64,000 nucleotides of DNA from positions 17,989 through 81,988 of the forward strand of contig JAKSLG010000009.1 in assembly GCA_024401295.1 (NCBI GenBank), in the 5' to 3' direction. Position 1 is the stretch's first letter. Each line of letters opens with the position of its first letter. The position numbers were made by a program, and so were the translations under genes. Shown one piece after another: positions 19,503 through 27,953 of the stretch. The notes beneath the pieces were generated by a model, which saw nothing but the letters and a program-made list of their open reading frames with translations, had not been told where the DNA came from and did not search any database. The stretch comes from Bacteroidales bacterium. GTDB taxonomy: Bacteria > Bacteroidota > Bacteroidia > Bacteroidales > Marinilabiliaceae.

Positions 19503-20275
19503 TTTCGGCTGCGGAGTTTATTAAACGGGATCTGATATTCCAAGGTATATGTGAAGCCCATGCCCACTCTTGAATCGGCAGAGCCATAACCGGCAACACG
19601 ATATGGCTCAAGTTCGTCGTTGTGGATAGATGCCATAAGGACCTTCATTCTAAAAGTCCAACCCATGTAGAAATGTGGCAAGACTTCGCATCGGAGACCG
19701 AAAAGTGCCTCAAGAATGTGGCTATTAACAGCAGTCTTATCGACAGAGCCTTTATAATCGCCCCAATATGAATCGACGATAACGAACTCGTCGCTCGAAT
19801 GTCGCTGCCATGCGTATCCATATCGGAAACCTACAAAAATATTGTCATTCACAGGAAAATATTCCGAATGAAACAAGTCATAGTCCAAACCGATCTTTAT
19901 GAATGCGCCATTCGACTCATATTCAAAATTCTGGTTTTCGTATTTCGTGTTTTCATATCCAGCCTCGGCATTTGCCCAAAGCTTGTTTTTCAAGCCATAA
20001 CGCCCGACAAACGACAGACCTTTTGTCTCGCCTTTCTTGACAATCATCATCACAAGCGGCGACACATCGACGCCCAAAGACAGCCCTTGATCCTTGACGA
20101 CCGTAATTTTCGGCGTCTGCGGGCGTTCGTCGTCATCGGCTCTTGACGATTTGCTCGTTTTGTTGTTGACACCCATAGCGTTCGTCATCTGATCGACACG
20201 ATTACTCTGTGCCAAGCAGTCGATACACGAAAGCAAAAGAACCGCAATGATGCTAATAGACAAAAATCTTGACAT
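19499..20275 (-). CDS. Outer-membrane beta-barrel-like protein (DUF6048-like)
   Basis: Signal peptide MSRFLSISIIAVLLLSCIDCLAQ, beta-rich with aromatic alternation. Start is placed at the internal Met. It overlaps the upstream gene's end by 23 nt. Confidence 0.45.
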   Translation of the reverse strand: MSRFLSISIIAVLLLSCIDCLAQSNRVDQMTNAMGVNNKTSKSSRADDDERPQTPKITVVKDQGLSLGVDVSPLVMMIVKKGETKGLSFVGRYGLKNKLWANAEAGYENTKYENQNFEYESNGAFIKIGLDYDLFHSEYFPVNDNIFVGFRYGYAWQRHSSDEFVIVDSYWGDYKGSVDKTAVNSHILEALFGLRCEVLPHFYMGWTFRMKVLMASIHNDELEPYRVAGYGSADSRVGMGFTYTLEYQIPFNKLRSRK

Positions 20276-20714
20276 TTTCGAGGCTTTCGTTATACTTAAC
20301 CGCAGGATGCGAAACAGCCACAGAGTCGATGAAGACATGGGTTGTAGAAATTGAATCGACATGCAGATTCATCGTTATGCCACCAGAAGCCGAAACCGGC
20401 TCAAGTGACTTGGAATAACGCACAAACATCTCATCTTGAAGAGATTGCGTCTGGAGAATGAAACGAACAGAATCCGCATGCATATTGAGATTCAAGAAAA
20501 TCTCGCCGACAGTTTCCATATTATAAAGGAGAGAATCGGAACGGCCCTCGCCATAGGCAACGAAATTAACAAGCGTCGTATCGTTCTTTGTATGACGGGA
20601 ATAGACACCTACTTGGAGTGTGTTCTGGTACGAAAGAAGCATGTCGCTTGTCTCGGAACAAGCGACAACAATCACGGCAAACAAAGTTGCAACTATGAAA
20701 ATGCATTTCTTCAT
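20253..20714 (-). CDS. Small lipoprotein (DUF6452-like)
   Basis: Lipobox MKKCIFIVATLFAVIVVACSE. Size is 153 aa, with no catalytic motif. Confidence 0.45.
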   Translation of the reverse strand: MKKCIFIVATLFAVIVVACSETSDMLLSYQNTLQVGVYSRHTKNDTTLVNFVAYGEGRSDSLLYNMETVGEIFLNLNMHADSVRFILQTQSLQDEMFVRYSKSLEPVSASGGITMNLHVDSISTTHVFIDSVAVSHPAVKYNESLENVKIFVY

Positions 20715-20722
20715 AATGTCTG

Positions 20723-20730
20723 CAAAGTTA
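20723..20730 (-). promoter_or_regulatory. -7 promoter motif (TAacTTTG), minus strand
   Basis: The + strand reads CAAAGTTA, 9 nt upstream of the ATG at 20714, implying a very short leader. Confidence 0.35.
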
Positions 20731-20802
20731 CAAAAAGTTCAGAACTTTATTCGTGTTTGTTTTTTGTTCATGAAATGTTTAGAAAGAACGGCCTCTTCTG
20801 AT

Positions 20803-20810
20803 TAACTTTG
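20803..20810 (+). promoter_or_regulatory. -7 promoter motif (TAacTTTG) upstream of dnaB
   Basis: TAACTTTG lies 27 nt upstream of the dnaB ATG (20837). The identical octamer sits on the opposite strand at 20723-20730, giving a divergent promoter pair. Confidence 0.4.
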
Positions 20811-20836
20811 CATTCGCTAAGCAAACGAAAAAAGAC

Positions 20837-22384
20837 ATGCCACAAAACAACCAAACGACAAGAAGGAGAAACACGCAGACAAACGAGGCCGCAATTGCTG
20901 CACTCGGCGGAAAGATGCCGCCACAAGACATTGATGCAGAAGAATCCGTGCTTGGAGCATTGCTCGTTGAAAACGACGCCATGCAGGAAGTTGTTGAAAT
21001 CCTGCTTCCAGAGCATTTCTATAAGGATGAACATCAGCGCATATACAATGCGATGATGACTCTCAACACGGTAAATTCGGGCATCGACATCATAACCGTC
21101 TGCAACGAGTTGGCTCATACGGGCGAATTGGAGCAGGTCGGCGGTCGTGCATATATTGTTGACCTGACGGCAAAAGTGGCATCCGCAGCGAACATCATAC
21201 ACCATGCACGCATCATCTTCCAGAAATATCTTCAGCGTTCGCTCATAGGCATAAGCAGCAAAATTCAGCGAGACGCCTTCGACGAAACCGTTGATGTCGA
21301 CGATTTGCTCGAATCGGCAGAATCCGATCTTTTCAACCTGACCCAAGGTTCGGTAAAGAAGGATGTGCAAAACATCACACCTGTCATCGACGAGGCAATC
21401 AGACAGATGAAAGAGTCGGCAAAACGCAAGGACTCGTTGAGCGGAACGCCATCGGGTTTTGTGGCAATCGACCGCGTCACATCCGGATGGCAGGCAGCGA
21501 CACTCGTTATCATTGCTGCACGACCAGCCATGGGAAAGACAGCCTTCGTGCTCTCAATGGCGCGAAAAATGGCGATTAACCACAAAGTGCCTATTGCACT
21601 TTTCTCGCTCGAAATGTCAAGTGTCGAACTTGTCAAGCGTTTGCTTGTCGGCGAGACTGAAATCAAGTCAGACACGATAAAATCGGGCCGACTAACAAGT
21701 GAAGAGTGGAAAATATTTGACCAGCGCGTTGAGAATCTCAACAGAGCGCCGATATTCATTGACGACACGCCTGGACTTTCGGTTTTCGACTTGCGTTCAA
21801 AAGCTCGCATACTATACAAGAAGCACAAAATCGGATGTATCATCATCGACTACCTGCAGCTCATGACAGCTTCGGCCATGCGTCCAGGCAACCGCCAGGA
21901 AGAGGTTTCGATGATTTCCCGCTCACTCAAGGGACTTGCCAAAGAGCTAAACATTCCAGTGATAGCACTTTCACAGCTCAACCGTGCCGTTGAGCAAAGA
22001 ACTGGTGACGGTGCCGACGGAAAACGACCACAACTTGCCGACCTTCGTGAATCGGGTGCCATAGAGCAGGATGCCGACATGGTATGCTTCATTCACAGAC
22101 CTGAATACTACCACATCATGGAAGACAGCAAAGGCCGTTCAACAAAAGGACAAGCGCTATTCATCATTGCCAAGCACAGAAGTGGTGGACTTGAAGACAT
22201 CAATCTCAGATTCCAGCCGGAACTTGTCCGTTTCGAAGAGGGCGAAGCACTCGACCTGCAAACACCAAGCGAGCAGTACGGACAAGGCATGACTCCACAA
22301 ACATTCACTTCAAAAATCGGAGCAACGCAAGAGGAAAACTATCCAGACTTCACTGCAGACAACACAGACGTACTTCCATATTAA
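20837..22384 (+). CDS. dnaB: Replicative DNA helicase
   Basis: PPQDIDAEESVLGALL N-terminal motif, Walker A ARPAMGKTAF, IIIDYLQLM, ALSQLNR and LRESGAIEQDAD motifs. Confidence 0.95.
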   Translation: MPQNNQTTRRRNTQTNEAAIAALGGKMPPQDIDAEESVLGALLVENDAMQEVVEILLPEHFYKDEHQRIYNAMMTLNTVNSGIDIITVCNELAHTGELEQVGGRAYIVDLTAKVASAANIIHHARIIFQKYLQRSLIGISSKIQRDAFDETVDVDDLLESAESDLFNLTQGSVKKDVQNITPVIDEAIRQMKESAKRKDSLSGTPSGFVAIDRVTSGWQAATLVIIAARPAMGKTAFVLSMARKMAINHKVPIALFSLEMSSVELVKRLLVGETEIKSDTIKSGRLTSEEWKIFDQRVENLNRAPIFIDDTPGLSVFDLRSKARILYKKHKIGCIIIDYLQLMTASAMRPGNRQEEVSMISRSLKGLAKELNIPVIALSQLNRAVEQRTGDGADGKRPQLADLRESGAIEQDADMVCFIHRPEYYHIMEDSKGRSTKGQALFIIAKHRSGGLEDINLRFQPELVRFEEGEALDLQTPSEQYGQGMTPQTFTSKIGATQEENYPDFTADNTDVLPY

Positions 22385-22388
22385 ACGA

Positions 22389-23411
22389 ATGAATATGAGC
22401 AAGATACAGAATATCATAATTTTTGCGGCACTTGCGTTAATTGTCAGTTCGTGCGGCGGTCGTTTCAGCCATCCGGACACGAGCAAATGCGCCATCAAAA
22501 CGGACATTGACCCTTTCTACAAAGAGGTTTTCAGCAAAACCGACGCTTCAACAGATGAGAAAGCCTGCCGTCTTGAAAATAAATACGGCGAGTACTTCAA
22601 AGCATACTGCTCAGGAGAATTGCGCATTGGGATACCTGGCGACAGCGACTTTGTCAGCAACTTCAACCAGTTCATCTCATACGATGAAAACTCTGAAGTG
22701 ATTGCCACTTGCGACAGTGTTTACAACGAGAAAATCACAAAACAGCACGCTGCCATCGATGATGCGCTAAGCTGCATGCGTTTTTATTTCTCCGATGCAA
22801 AAATTCCGCAAAACATATATGCACATTTTTCGGGATTCAACAGCCGATTTTTTGTCGATTCGACATACATATCTTTCGGCATCGAGCATTACCTCGGCAG
22901 CAATTGCCGCTACTATCCAATGCTCGAAATACCGGCTTATGCCCGACGGAACAAAAATGCCGAGAATTTGAAATTCGACATTGTCAAGGCGCTGATATAC
23001 TCAAACTATCCTGACCTCAGCGAGAAAGACGACGTCCTTTCTGCCATGATCTACCAAGGCAAAGTCCTGTACGCTACGGCAGCATGCCTGCCGAATGAGC
23101 CAATCAATAAAATCCTTGGATTCACAGATGATGAAATGAAATGGCTCAAACAGGCCGAGAAACAAATGTGGGGATATCTGGCAGAGCAGAAACTGCTCTA
23201 CAGCACCAACCCACTCGACCGCAACAAACTCGTCAACGAAACGCCGTTCACCGTATTTTTCGGAGACAAATCGCCGGGACGGGCTGCACTTTATTGCGCA
23301 TACAACATCATTTGCAGTTACATGGACAATCACAGCGATGCAACGATACGATCGCTCTTCGACAAAAGTGATGCCCAGAAGTTGCTTATCGACGCTCGTT
23401 ACATACCATAA
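22389..23411 (+). CDS. Lipoprotein of unknown function (possibly GldB/DUF2268-like)
   Basis: Lipobox ALALIVSSCGG. Size is 340 aa. The family guess rests only on size and lipoprotein character. Confidence 0.3.
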   Translation: MNMSKIQNIIIFAALALIVSSCGGRFSHPDTSKCAIKTDIDPFYKEVFSKTDASTDEKACRLENKYGEYFKAYCSGELRIGIPGDSDFVSNFNQFISYDENSEVIATCDSVYNEKITKQHAAIDDALSCMRFYFSDAKIPQNIYAHFSGFNSRFFVDSTYISFGIEHYLGSNCRYYPMLEIPAYARRNKNAENLKFDIVKALIYSNYPDLSEKDDVLSAMIYQGKVLYATAACLPNEPINKILGFTDDEMKWLKQAEKQMWGYLAEQKLLYSTNPLDRNKLVNETPFTVFFGDKSPGRAALYCAYNIICSYMDNHSDATIRSLFDKSDAQKLLIDARYIP

Positions 23412-23472
23412 ATTTTATAGTCATTTAACACTAATTTATTCTGCAAAACGACGTTTGAAAGCAAACTATAAT

Positions 23473-23480
23473 TAATTTTG
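23473..23480 (+). promoter_or_regulatory. -7 promoter motif (TAatTTTG) upstream of prs
   Basis: TAATTTTG lies 39 nt upstream of the prs ATG. Confidence 0.4.
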
Positions 23481-23518
23481 CGTTCAGAAAAAAACAAAAA
23501 CAAACCAACTCGCATAAC

Positions 23519-24463
23519 ATGCAACCTCAGTCATTCATCAAGATTTTTTCAGGCACAAGCACACGCTATCTTGCCGAAAAAATTGCAGACTCGTTCGGCC
23601 AGGAGCTTGGCCAAGTCAACAAGCTCAACTTCAGCGATGGAGAATACACAGTGATGTTCGACGAGACAATACGTGGTTCACACGTATTCCTTATCCAGAG
23701 CACGTTTCCACCGGCAGACAACCTCTTCGAGTTGCTCATGATGATTGACGCAGCAAAACGCGCATCTGCATCAAAGATTATCGCAGTTATGCCATATTTC
23801 GGCTATGCACGTCAGGATCGCAAGGATCAGCCTCGCGTTGCAATCGGCGCAAAACTCGTTGCAGACCTTTTGACTGCAGCAGGTGTTGACCGCATCATCA
23901 CAATGGATTTGCACGCAGACCAGATTCAGGGATTCTTCAACATTCCTGTTGATCACCTCTACGCATCGACAATCTTTGTTCCATATATCGAAAAACTCAA
24001 GTTGAAGGATATGGTCATTGCATCACCTGATGCCGGTGGTTCAAAGCGAGCTCATAGCTACTCGAAGCATTTTGGCGTACCGATGGTTATCTGCCACAAG
24101 TACAGACCAAAACCAAACGTGGTTGGTGAGTTGAGAGTTATCGGTGACGTGAAGGGCAAGAATGTCATCCTTATGGACGACATGATTGACACAGCAGGAA
24201 CATTGACAGCTGCCGCAGACAAGATGATGGCAGAAGGAGCGCTCTCGGTAAGAGCATTCGCAACACACGGCGTTTTGTCAGGCCCTGCATACGACAACAT
24301 CGAGAATTCAAAGATTACAGAGGTGATTTTGACAGACTCGATTCCATTGAAGAGAGAATGCAGCAAGATCAAAGTGCTGTCTGTTGCCGACATGTTTGCA
24401 GAGACACTCGCATGTGTCTACAACAACGAAACAATCGCAAAACATTTTGTGTTTAGAAAATAA
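23519..24463 (+). CDS. prs: Ribose-phosphate pyrophosphokinase
   Basis: YFGYARQDRK, ITMDLHADQIQGFF and the PRPP loop ILMDDMIDTAGT. Confidence 0.95.
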   Translation: MQPQSFIKIFSGTSTRYLAEKIADSFGQELGQVNKLNFSDGEYTVMFDETIRGSHVFLIQSTFPPADNLFELLMMIDAAKRASASKIIAVMPYFGYARQDRKDQPRVAIGAKLVADLLTAAGVDRIITMDLHADQIQGFFNIPVDHLYASTIFVPYIEKLKLKDMVIASPDAGGSKRAHSYSKHFGVPMVICHKYRPKPNVVGELRVIGDVKGKNVILMDDMIDTAGTLTAAADKMMAEGALSVRAFATHGVLSGPAYDNIENSKITEVILTDSIPLKRECSKIKVLSVADMFAETLACVYNNETIAKHFVFRK

Positions 24464-24468
24464 AAGCG

Positions 24469-24476
24469 TAATTTTG
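24469..24476 (+). promoter_or_regulatory. Distal TAatTTTG motif in prs-rplY spacer
   Basis: TAATTTTG starts 6 nt after the prs stop. The identical octamer recurs at 24580-24587. Confidence 0.3.
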
Positions 24477-24579
24477 CGCCCGGTTTGCTGGAAGGCAAGC
24501 TAATGTGTGATGGGAAATTAAGCATACCTCTTATAGTAGGGCAACCGAAACGGAGACGAGCTTGTATCTTAACAACACT

Positions 24580-24587
24580 TAATTTTG
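24580..24587 (+). promoter_or_regulatory. Proximal -7 promoter motif (TAatTTTG) upstream of rplY
   Basis: Lies 30 nt upstream of the rplY ATG (24617). Confidence 0.4.
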
Positions 24588-24616
24588 AGTAACACTAAAA
24601 AACTATTACAAAACAA

Positions 24617-25192
24617 ATGAAGACATTTGACATCAAAGGCTCGGCAAGAGTCGCTGGCGGCAAGAAAGCTGCTAAGTTGGTTCGCAAGAATGGCGACATC
24701 CCATGTGTAATCTATGGTGGCGGTCAGGCAGCTACAACATTCACAGTAGCAGAAGAGCAGTTCCGCAACCTCATCTACACGCCGAACATCTACATTGTTA
24801 ACGTTGAGATTGATGGCGCAATGCACAAAGCAATCCTCAAGGATCTTCAGTTCCACCCAGTAACAGACAAGCTCCTCCACGTTGACTTCCTCGAGGTATG
24901 CGATGAGAAGCCTGTAACAATTGCTATTCCAATCAAGATCGTTGGTAACAGCGAAGGTGTTAAGGCTGGTGGTAAGCTCCAGATTGAAATGCGCAAGCTC
25001 ATCGTTAAGGGTCTTATCAAGGATCTCCCAGACGTTCTCGAAATCGACATCACAAACCTCGGTTTGGGCAAGTCAATGAAGGTTCAGGACATTGCATTCA
25101 ATGGTCTCGAAATCCTCAACGCAAAGAACGCAGTTGTCGTATCAGTTCGTATGACACGTGCAGCTAAGTCTGCAGCAGCAGCAGAGAAGTAA
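24617..25192 (+). CDS. rplY: 50S ribosomal protein L25 / general stress protein Ctc
   Basis: RKNGDIPCVIYGGG, HPVTDKLLHVDF, and a C-terminal Ctc-type extension. Confidence 0.9.
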   Translation: MKTFDIKGSARVAGGKKAAKLVRKNGDIPCVIYGGGQAATTFTVAEEQFRNLIYTPNIYIVNVEIDGAMHKAILKDLQFHPVTDKLLHVDFLEVCDEKPVTIAIPIKIVGNSEGVKAGGKLQIEMRKLIVKGLIKDLPDVLEIDITNLGLGKSMKVQDIAFNGLEILNAKNAVVVSVRMTRAAKSAAAAEK

Positions 25193-25217
25193 TCTGTAGC
25201 AACAGACAAAATAAATA

Positions 25218-25255
25218 ATCCTCATCAGAGCAATCTGATGGGGATTTTTTGTTTT
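25218..25255 (+). terminator. Rho-independent terminator of rplY
   Basis: ATCCTCATCAGA-GCAA-TCTGATGGGGAT forms a 12-bp stem with one G-U pair, followed by TTTTTTGTTTT. Confidence 0.85.
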
Positions 25256-25396
25256 ATGGCGGTTCTGCTTGCGTTTTTCCAAAACGTGGGGCTTAACACT
25301 ATCGGCAAAACCGAAACATATAGCTTGCCACTGTACATGCTTTGGAGACTCCCTGCCTATCTTCCCAACGAAGAGCGGATGAGCTTATGACAAAAC

Positions 25397-25438
25397 AATC
25401 TGCCAAAACGATGCAGAAAAATATCGTTTTGGCAGATT
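25397..25438 (-). terminator. Long hairpin downstream of fimbrillin-like gene (putative terminator)
   Basis: AATCTGCCAAAACGAT...ATCGTTTTGGCAGATT forms a perfect 16-bp stem with a 10-nt loop. On the minus strand it is followed by GTTTTGTC, and it lies 41 nt past the stop at 25479. Confidence 0.6.
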
Positions 25439-25478
25439 ATATATTTGTCGATCAAATATTCGACCTTCTATATTTCAT

Positions 25479-27644
25479 TCACTCAGCAGAGCACACTGGA
25501 CGAACCGACAGACCGCTGCAACGCCAATGGTTGTTCGAAGGGTTGAAAAAACCCTTGCCGAAGTGCAGGAAACGGCCGTAACTCGAAAGTTCCAGTTGTT
25601 CCACGAGGAGCGTCGACGATGACGACCAGTAGTAGCCGTAAGAGGCCACCACGCCGTCGGGATAGACGAAGCGGTAGTCACGAAAATCAGCGGCAGGAAG
25701 GAAGATGGAAGCTCCCTCATGACCCTCCATTGCGCTGACGAGTATATATCCCTTTATGCCTGTACCTTCATAGTCGTCAGTCCATGTTTGGGTTGTGTTG
25801 TTGAAGAGTTCTTCCCATTCGGCGGTCGACGGCATTCGCCAGTTGTCACCCCAGTTGGCTGTGGCAGCATCATCGGTCTTGTCGAGGGTGGTTTTGTTGT
25901 CGTCGTAACTATACTTCTCGAATCTATACCATATACCGCCATACTCGCTGTCTGGTGCCTGATATTTATTTGTAAAATTATGTATCAATTTCCCGGCCTG
26001 CATGTGCTTGTAGGTACTCCAGTCATAATACTCCTTAGCCGATGTCTCACCCCATGCGATGTAAGCTCCGCTGGCCTCTGGCGTGCTGGCACCTACATTG
26101 CATTCTGCCCACAGCTTGCCACTTGGCAAGCCTAGATCCACGGCCACATGACCATTGGTGTCGCCTGCGGAAGGGCACACTGGGCGAACCGACCGACCGT
26201 AGTAACGGCCGTTGTCGCTCCAAGGGTTGAATCCGTCATTGCGGAAGTTCAATCCACCGCCACGGTACGAGTCGTTCTCGTAGAGCGACGACGACCAGTA
26301 GTAGCCATAAGAACCTTCGCCGCTGAGGCCGCCGTTGTCGCGAGAGCCAGCGGCAGGAAGAAAGATGGAGTTGCCGTTAGAGCCCGTGAACTTGTAACCG
26401 TCCATTCTGTTCTGTTTTGTCCACTCATAGGTGCAATGCTGCTGCAACTCATCAAAATCATCTGGTGATGGCATAACCCAGTCACCGCCCCAGTTGGCCG
26501 CGGCAGCATCATCGGCCTTGTCGAGGGTGGTCTTGTTGTCGCCGATGAATTCCGCCTTAAACTTATATGTATCCCAGTCATAGCTACTCTTGGTTGTGGT
26601 TTCTGTTTCACCCCATGCTATGTATGAACCATATTCCTGAGGAGCTGTAGCGCCTACATTCATAGTGGCCCATTTAACGGAGAGTCCAAGGTCTACCCAT
26701 TCGTGACCATTTTCGAAGCCACGAGTTTCCTTGTTCCCGACTGAAGGTTCACCTTCAGTAATCTCTCCTTCAACGACTTCGCCACTGTCCCAATCGACAA
26801 TATTGACGTCTGAGATTGAAATGCCGCTCTGGCTGACAGTCAGCATAAACGATGTTGTCATACCTGGTGCCAACAGTACTGGATTTTTCGGCGTATAAAC
26901 ATAAGTCTGACCATCAACTTCGACGGTAACTTTGCAGAGATCGTTGCATGGCACCGCGATTGAGCGATATCCGAGGTCATAACCTTCTTTAAGAACCGGG
27001 GACACTGGCAATGTGTATTCCTGCTTCGTCGTGCTTGGAGTCACCTCACGGGTCGCGAGATTCACACTTGCGTCATCATACAAATCAACTTTCACAGCGA
27101 CATCTGTCGGAACAGAACTGAAATCGACGAACTTCAGATAGACATCAAGGCGCGACATCACATGGTGGAAAGTCAGAGGCACTGGAGTTGCCGTACAAGT
27201 CAGGCCATCCGTGTTCGTTGCCACGAGCAGATCGCTTGCCTCCTGATCGGCAATGTCAAAAGCATAGCTCTCGGCATAAAGATCCTGTATCTGTCTTTGA
27301 GGATAGACACCGAGAAAATAGTGCTTTGTCGTGCGGTCTTTCCATAGCATCTTCGGATCTGCGGTCCAGCCGTCATCGCCAAGCGTATTGATGGAGTTGT
27401 TGACCTGAAGTGTTCCCATCTCGACATTATCCATCGAACCTGCTGCGACATAGACGCTTATCTGGTCGCCGACATCGAATGTCGTTCCGGTCTTGAGAGC
27501 CTTGTTGCCATACATCATTCGCGTGCTGGCATCGACAGTAATCTCCTGAGAGATTCCATTGATAACACGAGTGTCCTCCTTGTCTGAGCATGCCACGAGC
27601 GACATGACAAGCGGAAGAGATAAAAGTAATTTTTTCATAGGCAT
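25479..27644 (-). CDS. Fimbrillin-like lipoprotein fused to two FISUMP/DUF1566-like domains
   Basis: Start is placed at MPMKKLLLSLPLVMSLVACSD (lipobox). The N-terminal roughly 330 aa are beta-rich and Mfa-like. Two C-terminal units follow, each with VDLGL..W...NVGA, IAWGET, W.MPS..(E/D)..EL, IFLPAAG, YGYYWSSS and G.SVRPVC. Confidence 0.65.
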   Translation of the reverse strand: MPMKKLLLSLPLVMSLVACSDKEDTRVINGISQEITVDASTRMMYGNKALKTGTTFDVGDQISVYVAAGSMDNVEMGTLQVNNSINTLGDDGWTADPKMLWKDRTTKHYFLGVYPQRQIQDLYAESYAFDIADQEASDLLVATNTDGLTCTATPVPLTFHHVMSRLDVYLKFVDFSSVPTDVAVKVDLYDDASVNLATREVTPSTTKQEYTLPVSPVLKEGYDLGYRSIAVPCNDLCKVTVEVDGQTYVYTPKNPVLLAPGMTTSFMLTVSQSGISISDVNIVDWDSGEVVEGEITEGEPSVGNKETRGFENGHEWVDLGLSVKWATMNVGATAPQEYGSYIAWGETETTTKSSYDWDTYKFKAEFIGDNKTTLDKADDAAAANWGGDWVMPSPDDFDELQQHCTYEWTKQNRMDGYKFTGSNGNSIFLPAAGSRDNGGLSGEGSYGYYWSSSLYENDSYRGGGLNFRNDGFNPWSDNGRYYGRSVRPVCPSAGDTNGHVAVDLGLPSGKLWAECNVGASTPEASGAYIAWGETSAKEYYDWSTYKHMQAGKLIHNFTNKYQAPDSEYGGIWYRFEKYSYDDNKTTLDKTDDAATANWGDNWRMPSTAEWEELFNNTTQTWTDDYEGTGIKGYILVSAMEGHEGASIFLPAADFRDYRFVYPDGVVASYGYYWSSSSTLLVEQLELSSYGRFLHFGKGFFNPSNNHWRCSGLSVRPVCSAE
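25482..26708 (-). repeat. Tandem internal duplication (two FISUMP-like domain copies: ~26154-26708 and ~25482-26153)
   Basis: Protein-level repeat, plus near-identical DNA segments at 25847-25905 and 26483-26544 whose five substitutions are all T/C on the + strand. Confidence 0.8.
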
Positions 27645-27953
27645 TGCGTTTTCAGCGCTAGCACTTATATCGAGAGATACAGATAACACAAAACACCTAT
27701 AGACACGAAAAGCGTGGATTTCACTTATCGTATTCCATGGTGTTTGGCGTAACCTGTCCTTCCAATAAGTTCTGTCCACGCAATGCGCAGACGTTCACTG
27801 AACTTATTCTATGGAAGGAATTCTTATTTAGTCGCCAAACTTTTGGAATACCTCGAATAAATAGCAAACGCTATGATTTATATTATGTCAGTTAAATTTT
27901 TTCTGTTTCGTTCTTTACTTTCGTTCGACAATATATGCAAATATAGCACATTT

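Noticed and set aside
20768-21370. A 200-aa minus-strand ORF overlapping the 5' part of dnaB and its promoter.
   Set aside because: It lies opposite an unambiguous DnaB coding region. Its product is Cys/His/Phe-rich with no features and would have to start inside dnaB.
24480-24575. CUGGAAGGCAAGC in the prs-rplY spacer superficially resembles the GGAA-tetraloop region of SRP (4.5S) RNA.
   Set aside because: The surrounding sequence cannot form the long symmetric SRP hairpin, because the 5' and 3' flanks are not complementary. The conserved AGCA/GNAR context is also missing.
25847-26544. Near-identical DNA segments of about 60 nt inside the lectin-like lipoprotein gene differ only at A/G positions on the coding strand. 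This is reminiscent of a DGR template/variable repeat pair.
   Set aside because: Both copies are in-frame parts of two tandem protein domains. The changes are only transitions, not the adenine-to-any-base pattern of a DGR. No reverse transcriptase, accessory gene or non-coding template repeat is present anywhere in the window. Ordinary internal duplication explains the pattern.
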